Shown: positions 19,220 to 28,387 of the stretch, piece by piece
Layout: the number at the start of each line of letters is the position of its first letter
How positions within the stretch are numbered: the stretch's first letter is position 1
From: an uncultured virus (IMG/VR IMGVR_UViG_3300012209_000001)
Taxonomy: Duplodnaviria > Heunggongvirae > Uroviricota > Caudoviricetes
IMG/VR virus record: IMGVR_UViG_3300012209_000001
Strand: one strand, 5' to 3'
DNA length: 64,000 nt
The notes under the pieces: model-generated
Databases searched by the model: none
What the model was told of the DNA's origin: nothing
What the model saw: only the letters and a program-made list of their open reading frames with translations
Translations under genes and position numbers: made by a program

Positions 19220-20869
19220 CTATGCATGATACCACTTAGATACACTACTATCCCATTTAAAGAACATACATCTATTAGCAGCAATCACTGCTGATACACC
19301 ATCAGCCACGTTACTTGTGCCAACAACTGCAAACGTAACAGTAAAAGCGCTTTCGTTCGTAACAACGCATTCCTGACCTACTATCGTTCCAGCTTGCATA
19401 ATTACTCCAGTAACATTGCCGGTCGGTGCAACGCGTGCCTCTCCTATATTCGCAGTTGTTATGGTGCCAGCAGTGGCAATGGCTGCCGCACTCGCGCTTT
19501 GTCCAGTAGCCAGAACACCACTTGATGTGATATTTCCTGTACTGGCATCAAGATTATATTTAAGAGTCGACCCATTATCAGAGTAGCCGCTAAACGCGAA
19601 GCCGTTCTTGAGTTGGAACACGGAATCATAGGTATCAAGGGAAAAAAGGACAGACCCGGAATTATTGATAACTTGTAGACCATAGAAGCTCCCATTGCCA
19701 ATTTGGAAAAATCCACCCTTGCCCGGTGTTCCGTCAGAAGTGACCCCATTCATTTTGAGGTATCCGCTCGAACCTCCTACTGGATAACCGCTATTGCTAA
19801 AAATGCCTGTCCCGGCAGTTTGATAGGCATTTATCTCGTAGACATTCCCTGTAGTATTTCTTTCGTCAAGTACACCTGTATTGCAGCTAAACGATTTCCC
19901 TGAGATATTGCAGATATTAGCTGTAGCAGCAGTTGTTACCCCTGCCGATTGGAATGTTTGACTCGTGTACGGAGTTTGCCCTGCGGCCTGCCCAAATTGA
20001 ATACCACGTCCTTGTCGAGTTGCGTCTCCAGTACTTCCAACTTCAAGATTTACTGCCTGGCAATCATTTGCCAGGAGTACAAGGGCACACGTATCGGACC
20101 CTTCAATCTGGCAGCTTGTGAGAATAAGTTCAGATGATTCATTGAGCAAAGTTACCGCGCTGACACCAGTTGGCGTTGCCCAGAAGTGACAGTGGCTCAT
20201 TCTCAGTGCAATACAGTTCGGGGCAATATGCACAACATGCGAACCGCTTGCGAAACCAGAGACAGCATCCCACTGCATGTCGGTTGGACCACCTATTTCG
20301 ATAGCCATTCCGTTACAGTCATGAGACATAACATCATACCAATGTGGCATAAAAGCGTTATTTGGTGCAGTTGGGTTCGCACTTGCATACCAATCTAACA
20401 AGATATTTCCACTGTATCCACTGCGTATCTCAACATGCTCAAAGATATGCCCATACCCGTAACAGCGTATAGGATAACTTGGTCCCGCTGTCTGGTTGGC
20501 TTTATTGCCATCCAGCGTCAGATCACGAAATCCCCAATAATTTGTACCCGTTGAAGAACCAGCCCCGTTTACCCCTGCAAGATTGATGTTTGCTGTGTTT
20601 GCACTGAAAAGGTCGGCATTTGCTCCGTTTTTTAATTTAATGGTAGTGACACCTTCTCCTGCACCTACATATTGCACATTGGCTTTTATTGCCTGGTTCG
20701 TACTAATGTAAGTACCCGGAGGAAAGAAGAGTATACCCCCTGCTACCGCAACAGCCGTATTCGCCGCAGCAATGGCTGTGGTATCATCTGTTGAACCGTC
20801 ACCAAGAGCACCGTAGTCCTTCACATTGGTGAAAAAACTATTCTTTTGTTGAAATAACCATACAGGCAT
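19220..20869 (-). CDS. Beta-helix (pectate lyase 3-like) tailspike / depolymerase
   Basis: NVKDYGALGDGSTDDTTAI...LFFPPGTY, DLTLDGNKANQ. Confidence 0.85.
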   Translation of the reverse strand: MPVWLFQQKNSFFTNVKDYGALGDGSTDDTTAIAAANTAVAVAGGILFFPPGTYISTNQAIKANVQYVGAGEGVTTIKLKNGANADLFSANTANINLAGVNGAGSSTGTNYWGFRDLTLDGNKANQTAGPSYPIRCYGYGHIFEHVEIRSGYSGNILLDWYASANPTAPNNAFMPHWYDVMSHDCNGMAIEIGGPTDMQWDAVSGFASGSHVVHIAPNCIALRMSHCHFWATPTGVSAVTLLNESSELILTSCQIEGSDTCALVLLANDCQAVNLEVGSTGDATRQGRGIQFGQAAGQTPYTSQTFQSAGVTTAATANICNISGKSFSCNTGVLDERNTTGNVYEINAYQTAGTGIFSNSGYPVGGSSGYLKMNGVTSDGTPGKGGFFQIGNGSFYGLQVINNSGSVLFSLDTYDSVFQLKNGFAFSGYSDNGSTLKYNLDASTGNITSSGVLATGQSASAAAIATAGTITTANIGEARVAPTGNVTGVIMQAGTIVGQECVVTNESAFTVTFAVVGTSNVADGVSAVIAANRCMFFKWDSSVSKWYHA

Positions 20870-20872
20870 AAT

Positions 20873-21061
20873 TTACGCTATCTGCACCGTCCCTATATAT
20901 CCAGTCATACCCTGAGCTGTTGCCAGATCAGCCGGTGCCGGATTGACCCAATGCCACACGTATGCGGTATCAGTCCCGCGCACAAGCTCAGTGCCGTCCA
21001 GATCATTCATGGCAACACGGACGGCATGGTTCATAGCAGTGATCAGAATATATTCAGTCAT
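20873..21061 (-). CDS. Small protein, paralog of 21156-21344
   Basis: MTEYIL...GMTGYIG. Confidence 0.7.
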   Translation of the reverse strand: MTEYILITAMNHAVRVAMNDLDGTELVRGTDTAYVWHWVNPAPADLATAQGMTGYIGTVQIA

Positions 21062-21082
21062 GAAATGCTTCTTTCCTCACAT

Positions 21083-21130
21083 AAAACAAAAAACACCACA
21101 ACTAGCGAACTAGTGTGGCGCAATGGCTCG
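21083..21130 (-). terminator. Motif-bearing terminator
   Basis: CGAGCCATTGCGCCAC...GTGGTG-TTTTTTGTTTT. Confidence 0.65.
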
Positions 21131-21155
21131 TAAAATAAACTATGCTGGCAACCGG

Positions 21156-21344
21156 TTAACTCACTTGCACTTTTCCGATGTAACCAGTCATACCCTCAAC
21201 ATCGGTTAAATCAGTCGAGGATGGATTGAACCAGTCCCAACAAATAAAGGTGGACTGGGCCGCAATAAGCTCAGGACTACTAAGCGCATTCATTGCTGAG
21301 ATGACGGTGCTGTCGTTCAAGGTCACGATGATATATTCAGCCAT
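21156..21344 (-). CDS. Small protein (62 aa), paralog of 20873-21061
   Basis: MAEYII...GMTGYIG; AGGAG RBS. Confidence 0.7.
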   Translation of the reverse strand: MAEYIIVTLNDSTVISAMNALSSPELIAAQSTFICWDWFNPSSTDLTDVEGMTGYIGKVQVS

Positions 21345-21525
21345 AAAGAAATATCTCCTGTAGTGTGTTAATTGCCGGGAAAAGACGAAGAGATAATAGG
21401 CATGTAAAAGCACGTAAAGTTGCTTGTAGAGCCGTTTTGTGGTATACTTGAGGTACATATTGTTGAGGCCCACAGGTACTCGAAATACCTATGAGCCGGT
21501 GATACATCTGGATTGGAGATGCATC

Positions 21526-22863
21526 GTGACTACTATACTCGATTCTACCAGTGAACAACAACCCCGGAGCGACTTTTACACATACATGTTGCGCAGACCC
21601 GCTGGCCCTGATACCCCTCCTGAGATAATCTTTCCCGATGGCACTGTTCCCTTTTATATTGGAAAGGGGCATGGAAGACGTATTAAAGGTCATGAAATGT
21701 GTGCTCAAAAGAGAGAAGACTGCCGACACATTTCTTGTAGAGTTATTCGTAAAGTTTGGCGTGAAGATGGTGAAATAGTTTCTGATAAGATGGAAGAACA
21801 TCTTACAGAAGTAGAAGCATTTAAGCAAGAAAAAAGCTGGATTGCATATGGACGTAAAATTGGATGGCCCTTGAGAAACCTGACTGATGGTGGAGAAGGT
21901 ACCTCTGGATATAAGACTGCCCCTGCTCAGATTGAAAGACACCGACAACAGATGAAAGAACTGTTTTCTGCGTCTGAGAGGGTTGAAAATCAACGCCAAA
22001 TAATGTTGCAATATTGGGAGGAACATCCAGAGATACGTGAACAATACCGCATCAAATGCGCTGATCCTGTTGCGCGTGCTAAACTCGGAGAACCCAACAT
22101 TGGCAACGCATACAACGCTAAATCTTATGAAGGTTTTATGAATCCTCTGGGAGAGGTCTTCATAGGCATTTTTAATCTTGCTCAATTTGCCAGAGAACAT
22201 AACCTTGACAGGGTTCATTTGGGTGAAGTAGATCAGGGAACCCGCATTTCTCACAAAGGCTGGACACGCTACCCACCGTTGGAACGAGAGGAGAAACCAC
22301 CGACTTATGCAAAATCGGGATTCAAGTCCCCTGATGGAACTATCTATGAGGCTGAAGTCGTTCCAAACCTTACTAGCTTTTGTGCGCAGCATGGACTGGA
22401 AAGAAGGTGTATGGGACAACTTGGGAAGGGCGAACTTCATTCCTACAAAGGCTGGACACGTCACCCAGAGATCAAGCCAGAAAGAGATTATCATAACACC
22501 TATACAGGCCCATCTTTGATAAGCCCTGAAGGTGTTATCTATACCCCTGAAATGATTGATAATCTGACTCAATTTTCTCTCACTCATAGTTTGCAAACGA
22601 GCAATATGTCATTAGTTGCTCAAGGTAAACAAGTTGCACACAAAGGCTGGACACGCTACCCACCGCTTGAAAAGCCATCTAAGTATATTCCTGTCAAATC
22701 TCCTAATGGAACGATCTATACCATTGATAATATGTCCGAATTTTGCCGCCAACACGGACTTCATAGTAGTGCTATGTCAGCAGTAAATCTTGGCAAACTA
22801 CCATCTTATAAGGGATGGACTAGGTGTGATCCTGATGTTACTCAGCCGCCCCTGTTTGAATAG
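21526..22863 (+). CDS. Free-standing GIY-YIG homing endonuclease with four repeated DNA-binding modules
   Basis: FYTY...PFYIGKG..RR...H, E, NLTDGGEG motifs; four (H/Y)KGWTR modules; GGAG-GTG start; own promoter TTGCTT...TGTGGTATACT near 21420-21448. Confidence 0.8.
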   Translation: MTTILDSTSEQQPRSDFYTYMLRRPAGPDTPPEIIFPDGTVPFYIGKGHGRRIKGHEMCAQKREDCRHISCRVIRKVWREDGEIVSDKMEEHLTEVEAFKQEKSWIAYGRKIGWPLRNLTDGGEGTSGYKTAPAQIERHRQQMKELFSASERVENQRQIMLQYWEEHPEIREQYRIKCADPVARAKLGEPNIGNAYNAKSYEGFMNPLGEVFIGIFNLAQFAREHNLDRVHLGEVDQGTRISHKGWTRYPPLEREEKPPTYAKSGFKSPDGTIYEAEVVPNLTSFCAQHGLERRCMGQLGKGELHSYKGWTRHPEIKPERDYHNTYTGPSLISPEGVIYTPEMIDNLTQFSLTHSLQTSNMSLVAQGKQVAHKGWTRYPPLEKPSKYIPVKSPNGTIYTIDNMSEFCRQHGLHSSAMSAVNLGKLPSYKGWTRCDPDVTQPPLFE

Positions 22864-22893
22864 CAGAATTTATCAGTCATAATTATTCTATAT

Positions 22894-24057
22894 CTACAAT
22901 TTAATTGTGACTGAAACTGAAATATTGTTACTATTGTTGCAAATCATGGATGTGTTCACCTCATGTGCCACAAAATTACCTACAAAGTTACCTGTTGTCG
23001 TATTTGTGGCACCAGACGCCACATTCGTAATCCACGCATCGGTGTAGCTCAATACATTTGTTACTCACTCCTAAGAGTGGGGCTAATCGTTTCTGTTCCG
23101 TTAGCCTCTCTGGTTTCTTTGTTAGGTCATTTCCCAGAGTTCAGACTGTATCTTGGCTTTCGCCCCTGCATTCAGTCGTTCGCGGGTTTGGTGCTACTCT
23201 TCATTTGAGCAATCTTCCTGAACCAAACTTCCGTCGGGATTATCTGCCTCCAGACTTTCCCCGATATAGCAAGTGTTTCATGCTAGCTCATGTTATGCGA
23301 CCAGCAAGCGGCAGCTATGTTTACCGTTTGTTGCGGAACCTCCATTTGTTGCATTGGCAAATGTAAATGAAATTACAAGTGAACGGTTGCCTGCACCTGT
23401 AGTGGCAGTATAAACGAACGCGCCTGCTGAAAGGTTGCCACTATACGACTCAACCGGCGTAGTTGCATTCACCTTCAAGTTACCGTTAGTTGGGTTTTCA
23501 CCAACATTCGGCAGTGGTACAACGTTCGTGCCAATGGCATATGCAGCATTGCTTGTGTATGAAACAGTAGTTAATGCTGTTGCAGCTTGTGATGCTGATG
23601 CATTCATGCTGACAACTTGAGTCTGAGCTGTCCCGTATCCTACTGTTAGCTGTGTTACCGTACTTGAAATTGGGGCCGGGTAGTCCAAAGAGATAGCTGC
23701 TGGAATAGCTGCTACTGCCAGAGAAATCACACTTGTCTGCCCGTTCGTAAGTGCAGTTGTGAGTGTTGTGCTCCCTGAATTGTTGTTGATGTACAGGTTG
23801 TTCCACTGGCTAGAGTTGGAAGCGGCAGCAATGGCAGAGGCAAGGATATTGATTGCGCCCTTGTCAGTTATTACGTTTTTGGTTATTTCGCGCTTCCTGA
23901 TCTCGCCTGTTTTCGGGTCCCACTGCTTCCACTCCCAAATACCGGTAGGTGCTCCGTGTGTCTCTACCATGTCACACAGTTCAGTGAAACCGCGAGGCCG
24001 TACTGATGTGCAACGCCAGTACTCAGGGATATTGATAAGCTCTTGAGTTGGCATCAA
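22894..24057 (-). CDS. Virion structural protein, spliced (exon 1 23323-24057, exon 2 22894-23049; 296 aa)
   Basis: Removing 23050-23322 gives in-frame ...GGSATNG|SYTDAWITNVASG...ISVSVTIKL*; N-terminal KNVITDKG motif. Confidence 0.8.
23050..23322 (-). ncRNA. ORF-less group I intron (273 nt)
   Basis: 5' splice after U (CGGU/GCCG P1), terminal G, P10 UAGCU/AGCUA, P7 GACUG/CAGUC, S element AAGAUACAGUC. Confidence 0.9.
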
Positions 24058-24093
24058 ATGAATACTCCTTCCACGATGTGGATGAGTGACGAA

Positions 24094-24984
24094 TTAAAAC
24101 ATTGCATACGTATCAAGCATTTTATAGGCACGCTTTGCCCATAAGCTCTCACCGGAAAAGTCTCCTCGTAGCGCTGCTACAACCCGCCGATCTCCACTAC
24201 TAATATCTGCGGCTCCAAGCGGGTTGAGCCTCTTCGCTAGAATATCGCTCGTCAAGAGGACACACGCCTCACGCACGTCACCCGGCATGGATGCAGCAGG
24301 ATAGCCAGCCGTGTATGTGATGGTCAAGAACAGATTGGTGGTTCTTGATATCGCTGGTAATAGGCTGTATGTACTTCCCCCGCCACCACTACCGGCAACA
24401 AGCCACGGCACACACACGACCTGCTGGCTGGCATCAACGAGCGCTTGCGTGGAGTCATAGCTCACTGGCGTGGCATTGTTTTGCTTGATGGTAATACCTG
24501 TTTCCGTTGAGACTGGGAAGTGTCGAGGGCGGAACACCAGCATACTTTGGTTATCGATACTTGCGCGATACGATGGCATACGAAGCGTCTCTGTGTACGT
24601 TGCCTGGAAAATTGCCTGCTGCAAGTAGTTCTCTAGTGCTGCCGATGCGGCCACGATCTGATCTGCGAGACTGCCCATAACACCATCACTACATAACACC
24701 GTATATTGCGCGTGGGCATAGACAAGCCCCGGAGCCTGAATAGTGATGCTAGACGAGCCCGGTGTGACAGGGGTAGCAACGATAACCACCTCACTACTTG
24801 AGCCATCAAAGATAGTAATGTGATCATTACTATTCAGTGCTACCGTGGTAACTGGCGTAACAGATAGTGAGGTTGCCCCAATACTTGCAGCAGCCAACAG
24901 ACGTACAACATTGCCAATGAGTGAGCCGAGTTCTAAGCCTGTCGGGTTGCGCTGAACATCAAGAACCGTCGCATACAGATTCAT
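24094..24984 (-). CDS. Head-tail adaptor (gp6-like) with inserted domain
   Basis: MNLYAT... and ITYTAGY..MPGDVREAC motifs. Confidence 0.7.
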   Translation of the reverse strand: MNLYATVLDVQRNPTGLELGSLIGNVVRLLAAASIGATSLSVTPVTTVALNSNDHITIFDGSSSEVVIVATPVTPGSSSITIQAPGLVYAHAQYTVLCSDGVMGSLADQIVAASAALENYLQQAIFQATYTETLRMPSYRASIDNQSMLVFRPRHFPVSTETGITIKQNNATPVSYDSTQALVDASQQVVCVPWLVAGSGGGGSTYSLLPAISRTTNLFLTITYTAGYPAASMPGDVREACVLLTSDILAKRLNPLGAADISSGDRRVVAALRGDFSGESLWAKRAYKMLDTYAMF

Positions 24985-24994
24985 CGGTGCTTGT

Positions 24995-25228
24995 TTATTC
25001 CTCTCGTAAGGCACGCCTTTGTGCTCGTTGTGCCTGCCTGGCGAGCCGATCAACTTGCGGCTCGCTGGAATCGCCACGAACAGGTTCGAGATTCTCCAAT
25101 GCTTCTAGACGCTCCTCTAGATCGTCTATTCTCTCCTCAAGTGAGTTAAGCGTGGGCGGTTCGAGTACTAACGGATCAACGGAAATAGACTCTGACTTCA
25201 CCTGATCTTCTTTCTTTGTCATAAACAT
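24995..25228 (-). CDS. Hypothetical coiled-coil protein (77 aa)
   Basis: AAGGA RBS, in operon. Confidence 0.55.
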   Translation of the reverse strand: MFMTKKEDQVKSESISVDPLVLEPPTLNSLEERIDDLEERLEALENLEPVRGDSSEPQVDRLARQAQRAQRRALREE

Positions 25229-25237
25229 TTTCCTTTA

Positions 25238-26572
25238 TCATGTGAGCATGCTAGCGCCAACAGAATATGTACAGCTATTTGCGTTGTTTGCAACAACCTT
25301 GACGCGCCATGTATGCGACAACACATCGGACGCAACCGAGTTAGCAGCGGCGGTCAGCCCGGGATACACCACATAGACATTCGTGCTATTGGTGATCACT
25401 GCTGCCCCAGTCAATTGAGCAACATACTTGCCTGACGCCACATCTTTCGCGTCAATTTCTAGCGTTACTGAACCTGTGCCAACAACAGTCATATCCAACA
25501 CGACACGCACACCGCGCCCACTGGTATTGATCTGGTCAACGGTGGTTTGTGTCGTGGTAAAGGCTGCCGAGGGGATAAGCACAAGATCATTGCCACCACT
25601 CACTTTCACCTGAAGGTTTCCACCTGCATCAACCGTTGCCTGCCGCCACGGATACGTCCCGTCTGAAATCTGAATGTTGTTTCCACCAGTATCAGCCAAG
25701 TTAACGGTATTGACTGTCAACACGCCACTACTCACGGGAGCCACAGCCCCGGCTATGGCGGTAAACTTGATCGGAAGGATGTTCACATCAGGACCGGGCG
25801 CACCGGTCAAGGTTGAGCCTACAACATTGTCAATTCCATCAATACACCAGTAGATGTTATCGCCTTTGTAGTAGATGAAATACTTGTGAACACTGCTATC
25901 CTGGGGTTGCTTACCACTTCCGGTAGCGGCAGAGAGGTCTTGTACTGCCACCCTTGTCCCTGACTGATAGGTGACACACATCATCTTGCCGGTAACACCG
26001 ACCTCGAATCCACAGGCATTCGTGAGAGGAGCCGCCGCCGTAGGGCTGCCTGGACTGGTGCCCATTCCCCAGAAGAAGTACTGATTGGCGACGATAGGCC
26101 AAACGATGTTAACACCCGTATAGAACAGCAGCCAGCCAGGGTTAGCTGGCGGGAATGATACCGCACTTTCCAGATACGAGTAGCCTGAAATGGTTGTTCC
26201 CGTACCCAATTGCGTGTTTGTTAAAGTATTACTGGCAGCTACTCCACCTCCCGCAGCTACAGGGGCAAGCCATTTATTGGTGATGTCCAAAGTTGCCGTA
26301 TCAAAGCCATCCTGGAAGAGTTGCGATGGCTCCAATGCCACGCGCAACTCACCAGCCGCCATGATACTTGCACTTGCACTTCCGGTAGCCGTTCCAGTAA
26401 TGGTGGTTTGTGTAATCATGGGTGCCGACTTCTGCCCACTAGCACCCGCCGTATTGTCGGCAACAGGCGTACCCAATTGAACCGGGAGTACGCCCGCACC
26501 GGGTGCCCACCCGGTAGCGCCTGCACGAGCACCCGCACTATCAGTCGGTGTTGGACCGGATGAAAGTGTCAT
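25238..26572 (-). CDS. Capsid decoration / fibre protein (444 aa)
   Basis: Directly downstream of the capsid gene; paralog of 17878-19206. Confidence 0.65.
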   Translation of the reverse strand: MTLSSGPTPTDSAGARAGATGWAPGAGVLPVQLGTPVADNTAGASGQKSAPMITQTTITGTATGSASASIMAAGELRVALEPSQLFQDGFDTATLDITNKWLAPVAAGGGVAASNTLTNTQLGTGTTISGYSYLESAVSFPPANPGWLLFYTGVNIVWPIVANQYFFWGMGTSPGSPTAAAPLTNACGFEVGVTGKMMCVTYQSGTRVAVQDLSAATGSGKQPQDSSVHKYFIYYKGDNIYWCIDGIDNVVGSTLTGAPGPDVNILPIKFTAIAGAVAPVSSGVLTVNTVNLADTGGNNIQISDGTYPWRQATVDAGGNLQVKVSGGNDLVLIPSAAFTTTQTTVDQINTSGRGVRVVLDMTVVGTGSVTLEIDAKDVASGKYVAQLTGAAVITNSTNVYVVYPGLTAAANSVASDVLSHTWRVKVVANNANSCTYSVGASMLT

Positions 26573-26616
26573 AACGTACTCCTATCTCACTGTATCTGAA
26601 TGATACACGTAATACA

Positions 26617-28374
26617 CTAGTTAAGACTTATTCCAGTGATTAAACTCCATCCACCTAAAAACTGGTTGATGAGCGTAATGTTGATGTAAGCAGCGTATCC
26701 CCACTGCGTCCAGTGAGACTGGTCAGGCGGGTATTCTACAGCGAACATCTCACGATTGACACCAACGCGGAATGGAGGCTTGTCAATGGCGGATACAGGG
26801 AAGGGGATGGTAAAGGAGCCGATCATGATTGTGCCTTGCATCAGGTAGGGCAGCATAATCACATCAATCACTTTGCCTGTGGTCTGATTGATGTATTTGG
26901 TCACGCGCTGGCCTGCTGTCAACTGGGACATGCCATCACCGATCTGCTGAGTGACGCGGAAGTTCGTACCTGCTGCCACAAGATTAGAGAGCTTTTTGTG
27001 ATCCTTGATGCTAACAAACATGTACTCGGGATCAGCGTGGGCACTGAGGTACATATTTTCCAGGACAGTATCAATATCAGCAAGGGCAAGTGCGCCATTG
27101 GTCGCCGATGGCATCGCAATAATTGGCGTTTCACCAGCGATACCGAGTGAGCCGGGAGTGCCATAGGTGTTGTAGATGAGGGCCTGCGCGCCATCAATAG
27201 TCAATGGCATGTTCAACGTGTTGGCATCAGTGGACTTGACCACAATAGCCGTGTTGGTAGCCGTGACCACTGTAGAATAAGCCGTACCAGAAGTAAGGGC
27301 CGCAGCCAGTCCAAGGGTAACGGTGAAGTAGCCTTGTCGGATAGTGTTGGCAGGCTGGTTCAGTGTGTTCGCGGAGCCACCAATGAACTGGGTTGCACTA
27401 CCCTGGAGCCACATGGCAGAGTTAGCTGGCTGTGTTGCACCAATGCCTGCGTACACCTGATACTTCGTAGCCGATGGTACACAGTTGATATTCATCGTGA
27501 TGGTACTGGTCGAGCCTGTGGTCACAATGGACGTGGCAACTGCTGTTGCACCACCAAAGGCCAGTGTTTCACCGTTTGCATTGAGCGCTGTCACAAGAAT
27601 CCAGTACGTACCAGCGGTTAACAATCCGCCAGTGGTGGCAGTAGTAAGACCGCCTACTGGAGGTGGGGACCATAACCGCTGTCCTGAGTTAATGAGCCAG
27701 AACTCTTCCTCTTGCATCAGGGCCGGGATAAGTTTAGCCGCAACGGTTGCGCGCACATCCCCCTGCCACATTTTGCCGTAGATCTCACTCTCGAACGATA
27801 CCACGTCACGGTATGCAAGCAACTTGGCGACGTTGGACAGGCTAGCGAACTGATAGGAAAGCGCCGATGGTGTGCCAAACTGCTGTACAGCGGCACCTGC
27901 GACGGTTGGACCTGTACCACCGAAGTAGTCCAATACTGTACGCCAGTTGATGGTATCAATGCCGGGCATTGGGTCACGTGGCGTCATGTTGAGTAGCGGG
28001 GTCATCTGTGGAATGACAAACTTGGCGGCAGGCTCTAAGTAGTAGCCCGTGAAGTTGGCATTGTTGCCAGCAAAGGTACCATCACGAGTGATTTCACCAC
28101 CTTGCAATGCATCAATGGTTTCCTTGTTGAAGTTCGTAATGCCCTGGTAGGTATTTGTTCTGACTCGTTCAATGATGTCAGGCGAGAAGTTCGCACCCTC
28201 CTGATACGTTTGTGCTCCACTCATGCGTTGCGCGGCGAAGCGTTCGGCTTGAGCCGCGAGCACGTCACGATCAGCGACCATGCCTTCCTCAATCACACCT
28301 ACCGGGTCTTTGGTGTTGCCTGATGCGATTCGCGCCCCTTCCGGTAACGAATCCTTTGGTACAGTGATAGCCAT
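26617..28374 (-). CDS. Major capsid protein with FN3/Ig-like insertion (585 aa)
   Basis: Follows the protease; PxxTPLLNMTPR and LPYLMQGTI motifs; insert with GTYWILVTALNANGET. Confidence 0.75.
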   Translation of the reverse strand: MAITVPKDSLPEGARIASGNTKDPVGVIEEGMVADRDVLAAQAERFAAQRMSGAQTYQEGANFSPDIIERVRTNTYQGITNFNKETIDALQGGEITRDGTFAGNNANFTGYYLEPAAKFVIPQMTPLLNMTPRDPMPGIDTINWRTVLDYFGGTGPTVAGAAVQQFGTPSALSYQFASLSNVAKLLAYRDVVSFESEIYGKMWQGDVRATVAAKLIPALMQEEEFWLINSGQRLWSPPPVGGLTTATTGGLLTAGTYWILVTALNANGETLAFGGATAVATSIVTTGSTSTITMNINCVPSATKYQVYAGIGATQPANSAMWLQGSATQFIGGSANTLNQPANTIRQGYFTVTLGLAAALTSGTAYSTVVTATNTAIVVKSTDANTLNMPLTIDGAQALIYNTYGTPGSLGIAGETPIIAMPSATNGALALADIDTVLENMYLSAHADPEYMFVSIKDHKKLSNLVAAGTNFRVTQQIGDGMSQLTAGQRVTKYINQTTGKVIDVIMLPYLMQGTIMIGSFTIPFPVSAIDKPPFRVGVNREMFAVEYPPDQSHWTQWGYAAYINITLINQFLGGWSLITGISLN

Positions 28375-28387
28375 TATTTATCCTTAT

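Noticed and set aside
21337..22596. 419-aa minus-strand ORF
   Set aside because: Antisense shadow of the GIY-YIG gene with no recognisable motifs.
23293..23322. C-terminus KHSCRLLVA of the 254-aa ORF
   Set aside because: It is read-through into the intron, not the real C-terminus.
17878..26572. Duplicated domain as a DGR template/variable repeat pair
   Set aside because: No reverse transcriptase in the window, both copies are coding, and differences appear mostly synonymous rather than adenine-specific.
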